Shown: positions 8,346 through 17,644, counted from the stretch's first letter. The stretch is 32,000 nucleotides of DNA from Myxococcota bacterium (GCA_965228475.1 OZ245817.1:4728524-4760523), one strand, 5' to 3'. Notes: generated by a model from the sequence alone, not told the origin. A program made the numbers and translations.

Positions 8346-8840
8346 ATGCCCTACCGGTTGAGCGACCTGATGACGCGGACCGTCCGGTCCGTGAAAGCCG
8401 ACGAACCGCTGCTCGACGTGCAGTGGCTCTTCGTCGAGCAAGGCTTCCACGGCGCCCCCGTCGTCGACGACGGCGACCGCCTCATCGGCGTCATCAGCAC
8501 CAGCGACCTGCTCCGCGCCGCGACCGCCGAACTCGAGCCGGTCCCCGACACCGAGGCCTACCTGCGAGACCTGGTCGAGTTCGCCGCCGTCTTCTCGGAC
8601 CCCAAGAACCGGCCCGAGCTCAGCGACCTGCAAGAGCGGCTCGCCCACCAGACCGTCGCCGACTTCATGACCCGCGACGTCGTCTCCGTCCCCGAGGAAA
8701 CCCCCGTCGCCGAGGTCGCCCGCCTCCTCCGCGAACACCAGATCCACCGCGTCTGGGTCGTTAACGAAGGCCGCGTCAGCGGCGTCGTCTCGACCTTCGA
8801 CCTGCTGCCGGTGATCGAGGAGCTGGCGGGCTCCGCCTAG
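8346..8840 (+). CDS. CBS domain pair protein
   Basis: The ATG at 8346 is preceded by AGGAGA. There are two CBS-like repeats: LMTRTVRSVKADEPL...HGAPVVDDGDRLIGVISTSDLL and FMTRDVVSVPEETPVAEVARLLREHQIHRVWVVNEGRVSGVVSTFDLL. Confidence 0.85.
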   Translation: MPYRLSDLMTRTVRSVKADEPLLDVQWLFVEQGFHGAPVVDDGDRLIGVISTSDLLRAATAELEPVPDTEAYLRDLVEFAAVFSDPKNRPELSDLQERLAHQTVADFMTRDVVSVPEETPVAEVARLLREHQIHRVWVVNEGRVSGVVSTFDLLPVIEELAGSA

Positions 8841-8853
8841 CGGGCGTCGAGCG

Positions 8854-8926
8854 TGGGCCCTCCAGGATTCGAACCTGGGTCCCTCCGGTTATGAGCCGGG
8901 TGCTCTAACCACTGAGCTAAGGGCCC
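8854..8926 (-). tRNA. tRNA-Met (anticodon CAU; a lysidine-modified Ile2 identity cannot be excluded)
   Basis: The reverse complement is GGGCCCT-TA-GCTC-AGTGGTTA-GAGC-A-CCCGG-CTCATAA-CCGGA-GGGAC-CCAGG-TTCGAAT-CCTGG-AGGGCCC-A. It folds as a full cloverleaf with a 7-bp acceptor stem and a GTTCGAATC T-loop. The G1-C72 pair argues against an initiator tRNA. CCA is not encoded. Confidence 0.9.
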
Positions 8927-9092
8927 GGGCGGCAGGCTAACGGAGGTGCGGCGGGGTTGCCGTCGGGCTGCTGGGGCGCTGCCGGTCGGGTGTGAATTCA
9001 CTCACATTGACCCGTTTTGGGGTCAATTCCACTCAGCCTTTCTCCGATCTCTCTTGCCAAGGCCCGCGTGGGGACGCGGCGAGAGGACCGAG

Positions 9093-9767
9093 ATGAGTCG
9101 ACGAACGTTTTTGCCCTGCCTGTTCAGCCTGCTGCTCGCCGTTGCCGGTGCGCTGCCGGCGCGGGCGGCGACGATGATCACGAGCGCGAGCGACGCGGCC
9201 CTGGTGGGCGCGACGGTGCTGACCTTCAACGGCCAGGCCGACAACACGAACTTCCTGACGACGACGATCGGGAACACCACGGTGCTCTCGAACTCGAACA
9301 CGCTCCGCTTCGACAACCAGTACGCGGCGCAGTTCGGCACCACGGGCATCGCGCTCGAGACGCGCGCCGGGGGCTCGAACGACGACATCGAGTTCCGCTT
9401 CGCCTCCCACGTGGTGGCGGTCGGCTTCAACATCAACGCCCTCGACATCGACCTCACGATGAACCTCTACGACGTGAACGACGTCCTGATCGACAGCTTC
9501 ACGATCCAGAACCAGCCCGGGCAGGGGCTCAGCGGAAACAACCGCCGCGGCTACGCGGGCGCGAGCTCGCCCGATGCGCCGATCGCGCGCGTGCAGCTCG
9601 TGAACGCGAGCCAGCACGACTTCTTCCTGATCGACAACCTCGCGACGGTCGTCCCGGAAGTCGGCGCGGCGCTCCTGCTGCTCGGCGGCCTGGCCGGGCT
9701 CGGCTGGCTCGGGCGGCCCATCCGGCTGCGTGAAGGCCTGCGCGAAGAGCACGTCACCACCCACTAG
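9093..9767 (+). CDS. secreted protein with a PEP-CTERM-like C-terminal sorting signal
   Basis: The ATG at 9093 is preceded by GAGAGGA. There is a signal peptide (LFSLLLAVAGALPARA/AT). The C-terminus is VVPEVGAALLLLGGLAGLGWLGRP. That is a VPE motif, a Gly/Leu-rich TM segment, then basic residues, as in exosortase substrates, but with an unusually long tail (IRLREGLREEHVTTH). Confidence 0.65.
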   Translation: MSRRTFLPCLFSLLLAVAGALPARAATMITSASDAALVGATVLTFNGQADNTNFLTTTIGNTTVLSNSNTLRFDNQYAAQFGTTGIALETRAGGSNDDIEFRFASHVVAVGFNINALDIDLTMNLYDVNDVLIDSFTIQNQPGQGLSGNNRRGYAGASSPDAPIARVQLVNASQHDFFLIDNLATVVPEVGAALLLLGGLAGLGWLGRPIRLREGLREEHVTTH

Positions 9768-9814
9768 CCGCGGCCCTTTTCCGCCCACAGGCCCGCCGCG
9801 TGTATGATCGCGCG

Positions 9815-10930
9815 ATGGGCTCCGATGCGTTGAACGCGCTCTACGACGCCGTCGAAGAGGACACCGCGAGCAAGGGCTGCGCCGCGCAGGTGGCCCTCGC
9901 CCGCGGCGGGGAGCTGCTCGGCACGCGCACCTTCGGCGATGCCCCCGCCGGCGACGCCACGCTCTTCTCGATCTTCTCCGTCACCAAAGCCTTCACCTCC
10001 GCGGTGGCCTGGCTGCTCCTCGCCGACGGGGAACTCTCGCTCGGGGATCGCGCGGCCGACCTCATCCCCGAGTTCGAGAGCCACGGCAAGGGCATCGTGA
10101 CCGTCGAGCAGCTGCTCACGCACACCGCCGGCTTCCCGAATGCCGTGCTCCCGACGCGCGACTGGCCCGACCCGGCACGCCGTCTCGAGCACTTCGCCTC
10201 CTGGCCGCTCGAGTGGGAGCCGGGAAGCCGCTTCGTCTACCACGGCGGCTCGACGATGTGGGTGCTCGCCGAGCTCATCACGCGCGTGGCGGGCCGCGAC
10301 TACCGCGCCTTCCAGCGCGAGCGGATCTTCGAGCCGCTCGGCCTCGCCGATCTCCACAACGGCCTGCCCGACGAAGCCGCCGCGCGTGTCGCCGACGTGC
10401 GCGTCGTCGGCGAGGAACCGACGGAGGCGGAGCGCGCCGTCTCCCCCGTCGACGCTCCGATGATCGGCGAAGAAACCCTCGCGCACGCGAACCGCGCCGA
10501 GGACCGCGCCATCGGCCACCCCGGCGGCGGCATCATCGCGACCGCCGCCGACGTCGCGCGCTTCTATCAGGCCCTGCTCGAAGACGAAGCGGGCGATCCG
10601 AAGGGGCGCGAGCGCCTCTGGCCCGCCGCGCTCCTGCGCGACGCCTGGACCCCGCGCCACACGGAACTGATCGATCCGATGACCGGACATCCGGCCCTGC
10701 GCGGGCTCGGCGTCGTCGTCGCGGGCGAGGAAGGCAAGCTCTGGCGCGGCTTCGCCGAGACGTGTTCGCCCCGGGCCTTCGGCCACATGGGCGCTGGCGG
10801 GCAGATTTCCTGGGCCGACCCGGAGACCGGACTCGTCTTCGTCTACCTGACCAACGGCGCCGAGCGCGACCCGGCGCGCCAGGGTCTACGCGGCTTCCGT
10901 CTCTCCACCCTCGCCGCAGCCTGCGCGTGA
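9815..10930 (+). CDS. serine hydrolase, beta-lactamase/transpeptidase-like (class C family)
   Basis: SxxK active-site motif (FSVTKAF) followed by LLTHTAGFP. About 371 aa. The start could also be the GTG at 9800. Confidence 0.85.
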   Translation: MGSDALNALYDAVEEDTASKGCAAQVALARGGELLGTRTFGDAPAGDATLFSIFSVTKAFTSAVAWLLLADGELSLGDRAADLIPEFESHGKGIVTVEQLLTHTAGFPNAVLPTRDWPDPARRLEHFASWPLEWEPGSRFVYHGGSTMWVLAELITRVAGRDYRAFQRERIFEPLGLADLHNGLPDEAAARVADVRVVGEEPTEAERAVSPVDAPMIGEETLAHANRAEDRAIGHPGGGIIATAADVARFYQALLEDEAGDPKGRERLWPAALLRDAWTPRHTELIDPMTGHPALRGLGVVVAGEEGKLWRGFAETCSPRAFGHMGAGGQISWADPETGLVFVYLTNGAERDPARQGLRGFRLSTLAAACA

Positions 10931-10971
10931 ACGATCCGAGCTAAGCTCGCGTCTTCTTGGAGGAGGTGGCC

Positions 10972-11448
10972 ATGGCGATCGAAGGGATCGGAAAGGCTCC
11001 GGGCAAGGGGGGCGGGCGCAACGCGAAGCTCCGCGCGCCCACGGTCTACAAGACGGAAGTCTTCGAGCGGATCGACCGCCTCTCGCGAGACCCCGAGCAG
11101 ACCCGGCGCGCGATCGAGTCGCTGCGCAGCGGCTCGGGGCTCCTCGACGTCGCGAGCGAAGCGGGCGCCATCGGCGGCGGCGACGGACGCCGCGAGCACC
11201 TCGAACGCCACTGGCTCGGCAGCGAAACCGACCGCGAGGTTCTGCGGCGCGCACTCGTCCGCGCGGGCGAGCTCGTCCTCGAGCATCGCGTTCCGGCCGA
11301 CGTCTACTGGGTGTTCGCGGGAGACCGGCGGGAGGTCGGCGTCTCCTACAGCGGGCAGCAGGTCACGGTGATCGTCGTGACGCCCTTCCCGGACGTCGAG
11401 ACCGAAGGCGCCGCACCCGACCACCCGGCGATCGAGATCTTCCGCTAG
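10972..11448 (+). CDS. hypothetical protein
   Basis: The ATG at 10972 is preceded by a strong GGAGGAGG RBS. 158 aa with consistent high GC3. I recognise no family. Confidence 0.6.
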   Translation: MAIEGIGKAPGKGGGRNAKLRAPTVYKTEVFERIDRLSRDPEQTRRAIESLRSGSGLLDVASEAGAIGGGDGRREHLERHWLGSETDREVLRRALVRAGELVLEHRVPADVYWVFAGDRREVGVSYSGQQVTVIVVTPFPDVETEGAAPDHPAIEIFR

Positions 11449-13832
11449 GCCTTCGAGCGCCCGGCTTCGGGCGGCAAGGCGTAGAGATCCTGCCGTCCGC
11501 TGCGCCCGCGAATCGCGAGCGCCTCGTGGGCGACGAAGCCCTCGCCCGCTTCCCCCGCGGCCTGCCAGGTCGCCGCGTCGGTGACGATGGCCGCGTCGAG
11601 CTTCCGGGTCATCTCCTGGAGCCGGGCCGCCAGGTTCGTGGTGTTGCCGACGGCGCTCCAGATCGCCCGGTCCGCGGCCTGGATGTTTCCGACGAAGGCC
11701 TCGCCCGTAGCGATGCCAACGCCGACCTCGAGCGATGCGCCCGACTCCGCGCCTTCCACCGGGAGCGCTGCCACCGCGCGCACGATCTCCCGCCCGGCGA
11801 GGACCGCCGCACGCTCCTTGCTCTCGAGCTCCCGCGGTGCGCCGAAGACCGCCATCATTCCATCGCCGTTGAACTCGACCACGCTCCCGCCGTTCGCGCG
11901 AACGACCTCTGAAACGAGTTTCGTGTAGCGGTTCACCGTGGAGAAGATCTCGTCCGCCGAACGCTCCTCGCTGAAGCGCGAATAGCCGCGGATGTCCACG
12001 AAGGAAACCGTGACTTCGCGGCGGCCTTCCACGAGCTCCCGACCGTGGACGAGTTCATCCACCAGGGCACCCGGCACATAGCGCCGCAGAGCGGTCTGCA
12101 TGCTGCGCGCCTCCTCGGTCAGCTGCTCGGGCCCGAAGCGGGCGAACCCGGCGGAGACCCGCTCGGCGAGCCTGCCCAGGAGATCGAGCTCGCTCGAGGT
12201 GTAGATGTCTCCCGAGCGCTTGGAGCCGAGGCAGATCACCGCGGCCAGGGCACCCGCCGGGCGAACGGGCAGGATCACCGGCACGCCGAGGGTCTCGAGG
12301 GCGGCGCGGTCGAAGGGGCTGAGGCTCGACTCGCCGCCGCGCCGCCGCAGGCCTTCGGCCGAGAGCGGAACGCCGCGTTCTTCGAGCACCGAGACCAGCG
12401 GGCTCGAAGCCGGGAACGCCGGCGGGACGACGTGCCCCCGGACCCAGATCGGAGCGAAGCTCTCGCCGTCGCGCACGTAGACGGAGCAGCTTTCCGGGTG
12501 GAACAGTTCGTCGAGCCCGGCCCCGACCGTCTCCGCCAGCGCCGCCGGCCCCTTGCTCGCCCCGAGCCGCTCCGCGAGGCCCTCGAGCGACTTCTCGAGC
12601 GCCGGCCGCGCCGGGTAGAAGACCGACTCGACGCGCGGTGCCAGCCAACGGTGCGCGGGAATGACGGCGATCGCCAGCGCCAGCGAGAGAGCGAGCTGGG
12701 CGTTGGCAGACTCGATCCCGAGCGTCGCGGAGAAGCGCTCGGCCACCGCCGGCCCCAGCGCGAGCAACGTCCCCGCACCGACCAGGCCGATCAACGTGTA
12801 GGACGCCGTCGAGTTGATGAGCCGGTCAATGTCGAGGAGGTTGTAGCGGGCGATCGCGATCACGACGGAGATCGGGATCAACGCCAGCGTGCTCATGCTG
12901 ACGACGAGCAGGCTGAAGACCCCGACGTCGAAGGCGGCCAGGGCCGTCGCCGCAGCCGGGAGCGCCACCGCCAGGTAGACGCCCAGCAGGACCCACTTGA
13001 TCTGGCGGCGTGAGAGGGCGTCGGCCATGCGGTAGGTGTGGCTCGCGATGCCGACGAGCAGCGCGAAGAAGAGCAGGTCGCCGAGGGTCATCCCGAGGTT
13101 CCCGAGGCTCCGGCCGAAGGGGAACTCGTAGAAGCGGCTGCTCTCGAAGGGGATGAGGGCCAGGAAGAGCCAGGGCCCATAGCGTGCAAAGTCACCGAGC
13201 GCGTTCGGAGGGCGCGCGCCGTCCGGAAAGAGCAGCGCGGCGCGCAGCGCCAGGGGAATCGCGAAGCCGACGGAGAAGACGTGCACGACGAAGGAGAAGA
13301 GCGTGACGCTCTGGCTCCCGCCGAACGTGCAGGCCAGGAAGCACGCCGCCACGAGGAAGGTCTGGGCGAAGGCGCGGACCAGGCGCGAGCGCGGCGCCTG
13401 CAGCGTCAGCAGGAGCGCGGCGAGCGCGAAGACGAAGGATGCCGGGAGGCGGGGCCAGTAGATCCGGTAGGAGCGGACGGGCACGACGGCGCGGCCCACT
13501 TCGCCGCCGCGTTCGAAGACGACGGGGACCTCGCCCTCCGCGCGGCTCGCCTCGTAGAAGATCGGGTAAAGCGCCGTGTGGCCGCGCCCGAGCAGGCTCT
13601 CGCCGCCAGCCGCACGGATCCGGTCTCCGACCCGGAGCCCCGCTTCCTCCGCTCCGGAGCCCGCCGCCAGGCCGACGAGCTCGGGCGCCCCGCCCGAAGC
13701 CTGGGCTCGCGTGAGGATCAGGGTCGGGTAGCCGACCTGGGTGATGACCGAATGCAGCGAGAGCCCGAAACAGACGATCCAGAGCGGAACGAGCACCCAC
13801 AGCGTTCGGTCGAACGGGCCGCGCGGGTCCAT
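11445..13832 (-). CDS. membrane-bound class III adenylate/guanylate cyclase with a PDZ-like segment, a multi-TM region and a GAF-like linker
   Basis: 795 aa. The C-terminal catalytic domain reads VTVSFVDIRGYSRFSE...GGSVVEFNGDGMMAVFGAP...GVGIATGEAFVGNIQAADRAIWSAVGNTTNLAARLQ. The N-terminus has a PDZ-like GAEEAGLRVGDRI segment followed by about 8 hydrophobic helices. Confidence 0.9.
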   Translation of the reverse strand: MDPRGPFDRTLWVLVPLWIVCFGLSLHSVITQVGYPTLILTRAQASGGAPELVGLAAGSGAEEAGLRVGDRIRAAGGESLLGRGHTALYPIFYEASRAEGEVPVVFERGGEVGRAVVPVRSYRIYWPRLPASFVFALAALLLTLQAPRSRLVRAFAQTFLVAACFLACTFGGSQSVTLFSFVVHVFSVGFAIPLALRAALLFPDGARPPNALGDFARYGPWLFLALIPFESSRFYEFPFGRSLGNLGMTLGDLLFFALLVGIASHTYRMADALSRRQIKWVLLGVYLAVALPAAATALAAFDVGVFSLLVVSMSTLALIPISVVIAIARYNLLDIDRLINSTASYTLIGLVGAGTLLALGPAVAERFSATLGIESANAQLALSLALAIAVIPAHRWLAPRVESVFYPARPALEKSLEGLAERLGASKGPAALAETVGAGLDELFHPESCSVYVRDGESFAPIWVRGHVVPPAFPASSPLVSVLEERGVPLSAEGLRRRGGESSLSPFDRAALETLGVPVILPVRPAGALAAVICLGSKRSGDIYTSSELDLLGRLAERVSAGFARFGPEQLTEEARSMQTALRRYVPGALVDELVHGRELVEGRREVTVSFVDIRGYSRFSEERSADEIFSTVNRYTKLVSEVVRANGGSVVEFNGDGMMAVFGAPRELESKERAAVLAGREIVRAVAALPVEGAESGASLEVGVGIATGEAFVGNIQAADRAIWSAVGNTTNLAARLQEMTRKLDAAIVTDAATWQAAGEAGEGFVAHEALAIRGRSGRQDLYALPPEAGRSKA

Positions 13833-13842
13833 GGAAAAGAGG

Positions 13843-14973
13843 CTAGCGCGCCTCCGCTCGAAGATCGGCCAGGCTCACAACGCGGCACTGCGGCTCCGGG
13901 TGGTCCTTCGCGCGCACCCAGCGCACGCCCATCGTCCCGTGGTGATGGCCCGCGGTGTCGAGCCAGTTGCCCGTGCCCGGATCTTCGTGCGCCACGATGA
14001 TGCGCACCGATCCATCGGCTTCGTAGCGCGCCTGGCCACTGTTCACGTGGGTCTGGTGGAAGTGGTAGTCGAGGGATTCGGCCCAGATGTTCCCGAGCTG
14101 GAGGTTCCAGTAGTGACACTCGGGCGGTGTCACCTCGATGACGAGCGCCTCGTCCGGCGCGAGCTCCCAGAACCCGAGCCACATGCGGATGTTCGGGTCG
14201 CCGCCCATGTGGAGGTGCTTCTCCATCGGCGGGAGGTGGAACGCGTTGCTCGGCGCCTGCTCGCGGTAGCCGATCACCCAGTCGTAGAACCACTGGGCGC
14301 AGCCGACGGCGTAGAGCGCGCTCCCGAGGAGCTGCCCCGGCATGCGCGTCGCCTCGAGCGGCGGCGGCGCAGCGCCTTCGTGGCCGACGCACTCGATCGA
14401 GATGTCGACGGGCTGCTCCTTCGCGCGATCGAGGAAGGTCTGGCGCACGAGGATCTGCTTCGTGTTCGGGCCGAGGCGCAGCCAGTCGCCCGAGCCCTTC
14501 GCCGGCTCCTTCTGACTCGCGTAGACCTCGAAGCTGCCGTCGGCTCCGAGCGTGAGGTCGGAATCGTTCAGGTGACCGGCGCCGCCCGTGATCTTGTCCT
14601 TGGCCGCGAAGTTCTGATCCTGCGCCGCGAGCGAGAGGTAGTGGATGCTCCCGCGCCGGCCCCGCAGCCGGTAGTCGTAGGCCGGGTTCACGGAGGCGCT
14701 GCGATAGAAGTTGTCCGGGTTGTCGAGGCCCATCTTCACCATCTCGGGCATGGTGCGGAAGACCGGGTACTCGGGACCGGTCGCTTCGGCGAAGGAGATC
14801 ATCCCCGCCCGCGCGAGGCGCGAGAGGTATCGCAGGCCCTCGCCCCGGTCGAAGTCCGAGGCTTCGAGCTCCGGGCGCGCGAGCACCTCGCCCGCCTTCT
14901 TCAGGAGATCGCAGAAAGCATCCCAGGCCTCGCGGGCCTCATCGGCGCTCATGCCGGCTTCGGCGTCGCTCAT
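13843..14973 (-). CDS. DUF1214-like protein
   Basis: 376 aa. The ATG at 14973 is preceded by GGAGGG and starts 1 nt after the sulfotransferase stop. Blocks such as GLRYLSRL, GLDNPDNFY, YLSLAAQD, CHYWNLQLGNIWAESLDY and GVRWV match my recollection of DUF1214-family proteins. Confidence 0.75.
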   Translation of the reverse strand: MSDAEAGMSADEAREAWDAFCDLLKKAGEVLARPELEASDFDRGEGLRYLSRLARAGMISFAEATGPEYPVFRTMPEMVKMGLDNPDNFYRSASVNPAYDYRLRGRRGSIHYLSLAAQDQNFAAKDKITGGAGHLNDSDLTLGADGSFEVYASQKEPAKGSGDWLRLGPNTKQILVRQTFLDRAKEQPVDISIECVGHEGAAPPPLEATRMPGQLLGSALYAVGCAQWFYDWVIGYREQAPSNAFHLPPMEKHLHMGGDPNIRMWLGFWELAPDEALVIEVTPPECHYWNLQLGNIWAESLDYHFHQTHVNSGQARYEADGSVRIIVAHEDPGTGNWLDTAGHHHGTMGVRWVRAKDHPEPQCRVVSLADLRAEAR

Positions 14974-14974
14974 C

Positions 14975-16110
14975 TCATTTCCCTCCGAGGCCGAAGCGCT
15001 CGATGTAGCGGGCGAAGCGCGTGTGGACGCGCTCGCGGGTCAGTCCGAAGCTCGCGAGGTCGTACTCGTGCTTGCCGTGCTTGTCCTTCGGGTGGCTCGC
15101 CGAGTACTCGGCCATCGCATACTCCGGCGCGCCCTCGAAGGGCATTCCGAAGTGATCGTAGACGCCGCGCGCCGCCGCACTGTTGTCGGCCACGAGCGCG
15201 TCGTAGTCGACGTCGATGAAGCGGGCTTCGTCGAGCTGCTCGCGGGCGTCCATGGCGCGGTCCATCGAATCCGCGTAGTGCTTCAAGACGAGCGGGCCGA
15301 ACTCTTCCGCGGAGATCGAGACGCGGCTCTCGACGATCATGTAGATCATGCTCGAAATCGATGCGATGCAGGCCGCCGGGTCGCGATGGTTCCAGACGAG
15401 GCTGCAATCCGGGAAGGTCTCGACCAGCACGTCGAGCGCCCAGAGGTGCGAGGGCGTCTTCAGGAGCCAGCGCTCACCCGGGCGCTGCCAGTCGAGCAGC
15501 CGGAGCAGGTCCGCGTAGTAGCGGTAGAGCGGGCGGAAATCGTGCTCGGCGAACCAGCTCGCATAGGGCTCGAGCATCAGCTCGTAGCCGAGCTGGCCGC
15601 CGTCGAGTCCGAAGGCGTGGAGCAGGACGCACTCTTCCGGCGTATCCGCGTCGGCGAAGTGGGCCTTGGTGAACTCCGGGTTCTTCTTGCGGCTCTGCTC
15701 GGTGACGGCCTTCATGGCCTTGTAGCGCGGGTCGACCTCGCCCGGCGCGAGATCCCAGTTCGGGTCCGGGAAGATCCCCTCCCAGAGGTAGAGCGGCCGC
15801 GCGCTCGGGTCGGCGGCGAGCAGGTTGAAGAGCGCGGAGGTTCCGGAGCGCGGCAGGCCGGTCAGGAGCATCGGCTTCGCGATGCGGCGGTCGCGGATCT
15901 CGGGGTGGCGCCGGAAGGCCTCTTCGATCTTCAGGCGGGTCGCGAGCAGGTTCACGAGGCGGCCCCGGTGCTGCGCGATTCCCTTCTCGGTGAAGGGGTT
16001 CTTCTCGGTCAGCTCGATCAGGGCGCGCAGGCCCGGCCGGTAGTGATCCGTCCCGAAATCGGAGAGGCCCGTCGCCTGGCGCGCTTCTTCGAGCAGTTCG
16101 TCTTCGTTCA
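14975..16110 (-). CDS. sulfotransferase family protein
   Basis: PAPS 5'-phosphosulfate-binding loop: LLTGLPRSGTSALFNLL. Later blocks include LLKTPSHLW. I prefer the TTG start at 16110 (LNEDELLEEARQATGLSDFG...), which matches typical N-termini of this family. The track ORF extends to the ATG at 16201. Confidence 0.85.
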
Positions 16111-16251
16111 AGGATGGCCTCGTCGTTCGGACGATCCGGCGCCGTCCGTCGCGCAGTGGGAACCCGCGGCGGCCGAGTATACCCCGACCGGGCGTGCGCA
16201 ATGGCGACCAAGCTGCGATCCTCGGCCAGGCACGGAACCGAGGTCCGATGG

Positions 16252-17607
16252 ATGCCCGAAACCCGCCATGCCGTTGCCGTCGTCGGAGGCGCCACCTCCG
16301 GCGCGGAGATCGCCGCCCGGCTGGCCGAGACCGGCGTCGACGTGACGGTCTTCGAGCAGAGCCCCCTGCCCTACGGGAAGATCATGGACGGCCTCCCGCG
16401 CTGGCACGTCGCCCTGCGCCGGAAGGAGTACGAGAACGTCAACACGAAGCTCTCCCAGCCCGGGGTGCACTTCGTGCCGAACACCCGCATCGGCCAGGAC
16501 ATCGGCTTCGCCGAGCTCGCGAGGGAGTGGGGCTTCACCGCGGTGGTGCTCGCCTCGGGCGCCTGGAACGACCGGCCGATCCCCATCGAGGGCGCCGACG
16601 CCTACGTCAACAAGGGACTGATCTACCAGAACCCCTTCATCATCTGGTTCAACCACGCGGACGAGGCAGGCTACGCCGGCGAAACCTTCGAGGTCCGGGA
16701 CGGCGCGCTCGTCGTCGGCGGGGGCCTCGCCTCGATCGACGTGACGAAGGTGCTGATGCTCGAGACGACGCGGGCGAAGCTCGCCGAGCGCGGCATCGAG
16801 GTCGACATCGTCGAGTTCGAGGTGAAGGGCATCCCGAAGATGCTCGCCGCCCACGGGCTCACCTTCGAGGAACTCGGCATCGAGCCCGCCACGCTCTTCT
16901 ACCGCCGCCGCGGCGAGGACATGCCGCTCGTCGAGATCCCGCCCGACGCCGACGAGAAGCGCCGCGCGAAGCTCGCGGGCGCGCGCGGCAAGGTCCTCGC
17001 CAAGGCGCTCGAGAAGTACCTCTTCCGCTTCGAGCCCCTCGCCGCGCCGGAGGGTCTCGTCGTCGACGACGGCCGCCTCGTCGGGCTGACCTTCCGCCGC
17101 ACGAAGATCGAGGATGGCCGCGTCGTCCCGACGGACGAGACCTTCGAGCGCCGCGGAAGCTGCATCTACAGCTCCATCGGAAGCATCCCGGTTCCGATGG
17201 AAGGCATCCCGATGAAGGGCGAGCTCTACGACTTCACGGATTGGGAGCTCGGCCGTCTCGCGGACTACCCGAACGTCTTCTCCGTCGGGAACATCGTGAC
17301 CGGCAAGGGCAACATCGTCGCCTCGCGCAAACACTCCGCGGCCGTCGCGGAGCAGGTGATCGAACAGTTCCTCGGGGTCGGCGATACGGACGGCCACGAG
17401 GGCGAAGAGAGCCTGCTCGAGGGCGTCACTTCAACGGCCACCGAAGCCGCCGGCCGGATCGCCGCGGAGCTCTCGGCTCAGCCGGCGATCGAGCCCGCGG
17501 TGCTCGAGGCCCTGCGCAAGCGCGTGGCCGAGCGCCAGGCCGCCGTCGGCCACGACGGCGACTACCGCGCCTGGATCGAGCGCAACACGCCGCCCGACCT
17601 GCAGTAG
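16252..17607 (+). CDS. FAD/NAD(P)-binding oxidoreductase (two dinucleotide-binding folds; ferredoxin-NADP reductase or glutamate-synthase small-subunit-like)
   Basis: The ATG at 16252 places VAVVGGATSGAEIA (GxGxxG) at the N-terminus. A second Rossmann motif is ALVVGGGLASIDV, and the C-terminal FAD block is VFSVGNIVTGKGNIVASRKH. An alternative start is 16201. Confidence 0.8.
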   Translation: MPETRHAVAVVGGATSGAEIAARLAETGVDVTVFEQSPLPYGKIMDGLPRWHVALRRKEYENVNTKLSQPGVHFVPNTRIGQDIGFAELAREWGFTAVVLASGAWNDRPIPIEGADAYVNKGLIYQNPFIIWFNHADEAGYAGETFEVRDGALVVGGGLASIDVTKVLMLETTRAKLAERGIEVDIVEFEVKGIPKMLAAHGLTFEELGIEPATLFYRRRGEDMPLVEIPPDADEKRRAKLAGARGKVLAKALEKYLFRFEPLAAPEGLVVDDGRLVGLTFRRTKIEDGRVVPTDETFERRGSCIYSSIGSIPVPMEGIPMKGELYDFTDWELGRLADYPNVFSVGNIVTGKGNIVASRKHSAAVAEQVIEQFLGVGDTDGHEGEESLLEGVTSTATEAAGRIAAELSAQPAIEPAVLEALRKRVAERQAAVGHDGDYRAWIERNTPPDLQ

Positions 17608-17644
17608 CCCCAGCAGCCCCCACGAATCCGATCTCCGCTCGTTG

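Noticed and set aside
7665-8747. 360-aa minus-strand ORF
   Set aside because: It is antisense to the CBS-pair gene and the HTH ORF, and crosses the non-coding gap. Its composition is Gly/Asp/Ala-repetitive, with no start-site support.
7619-9092. An integrated mobile element or genomic island at tRNA-Met
   Set aside because: The window has no integrase, recombinase, transposase or phage gene. By eye I found no direct repeat of the tRNA 3' end nearby. Flanking genes have the same GC and codon bias as the rest of the window.
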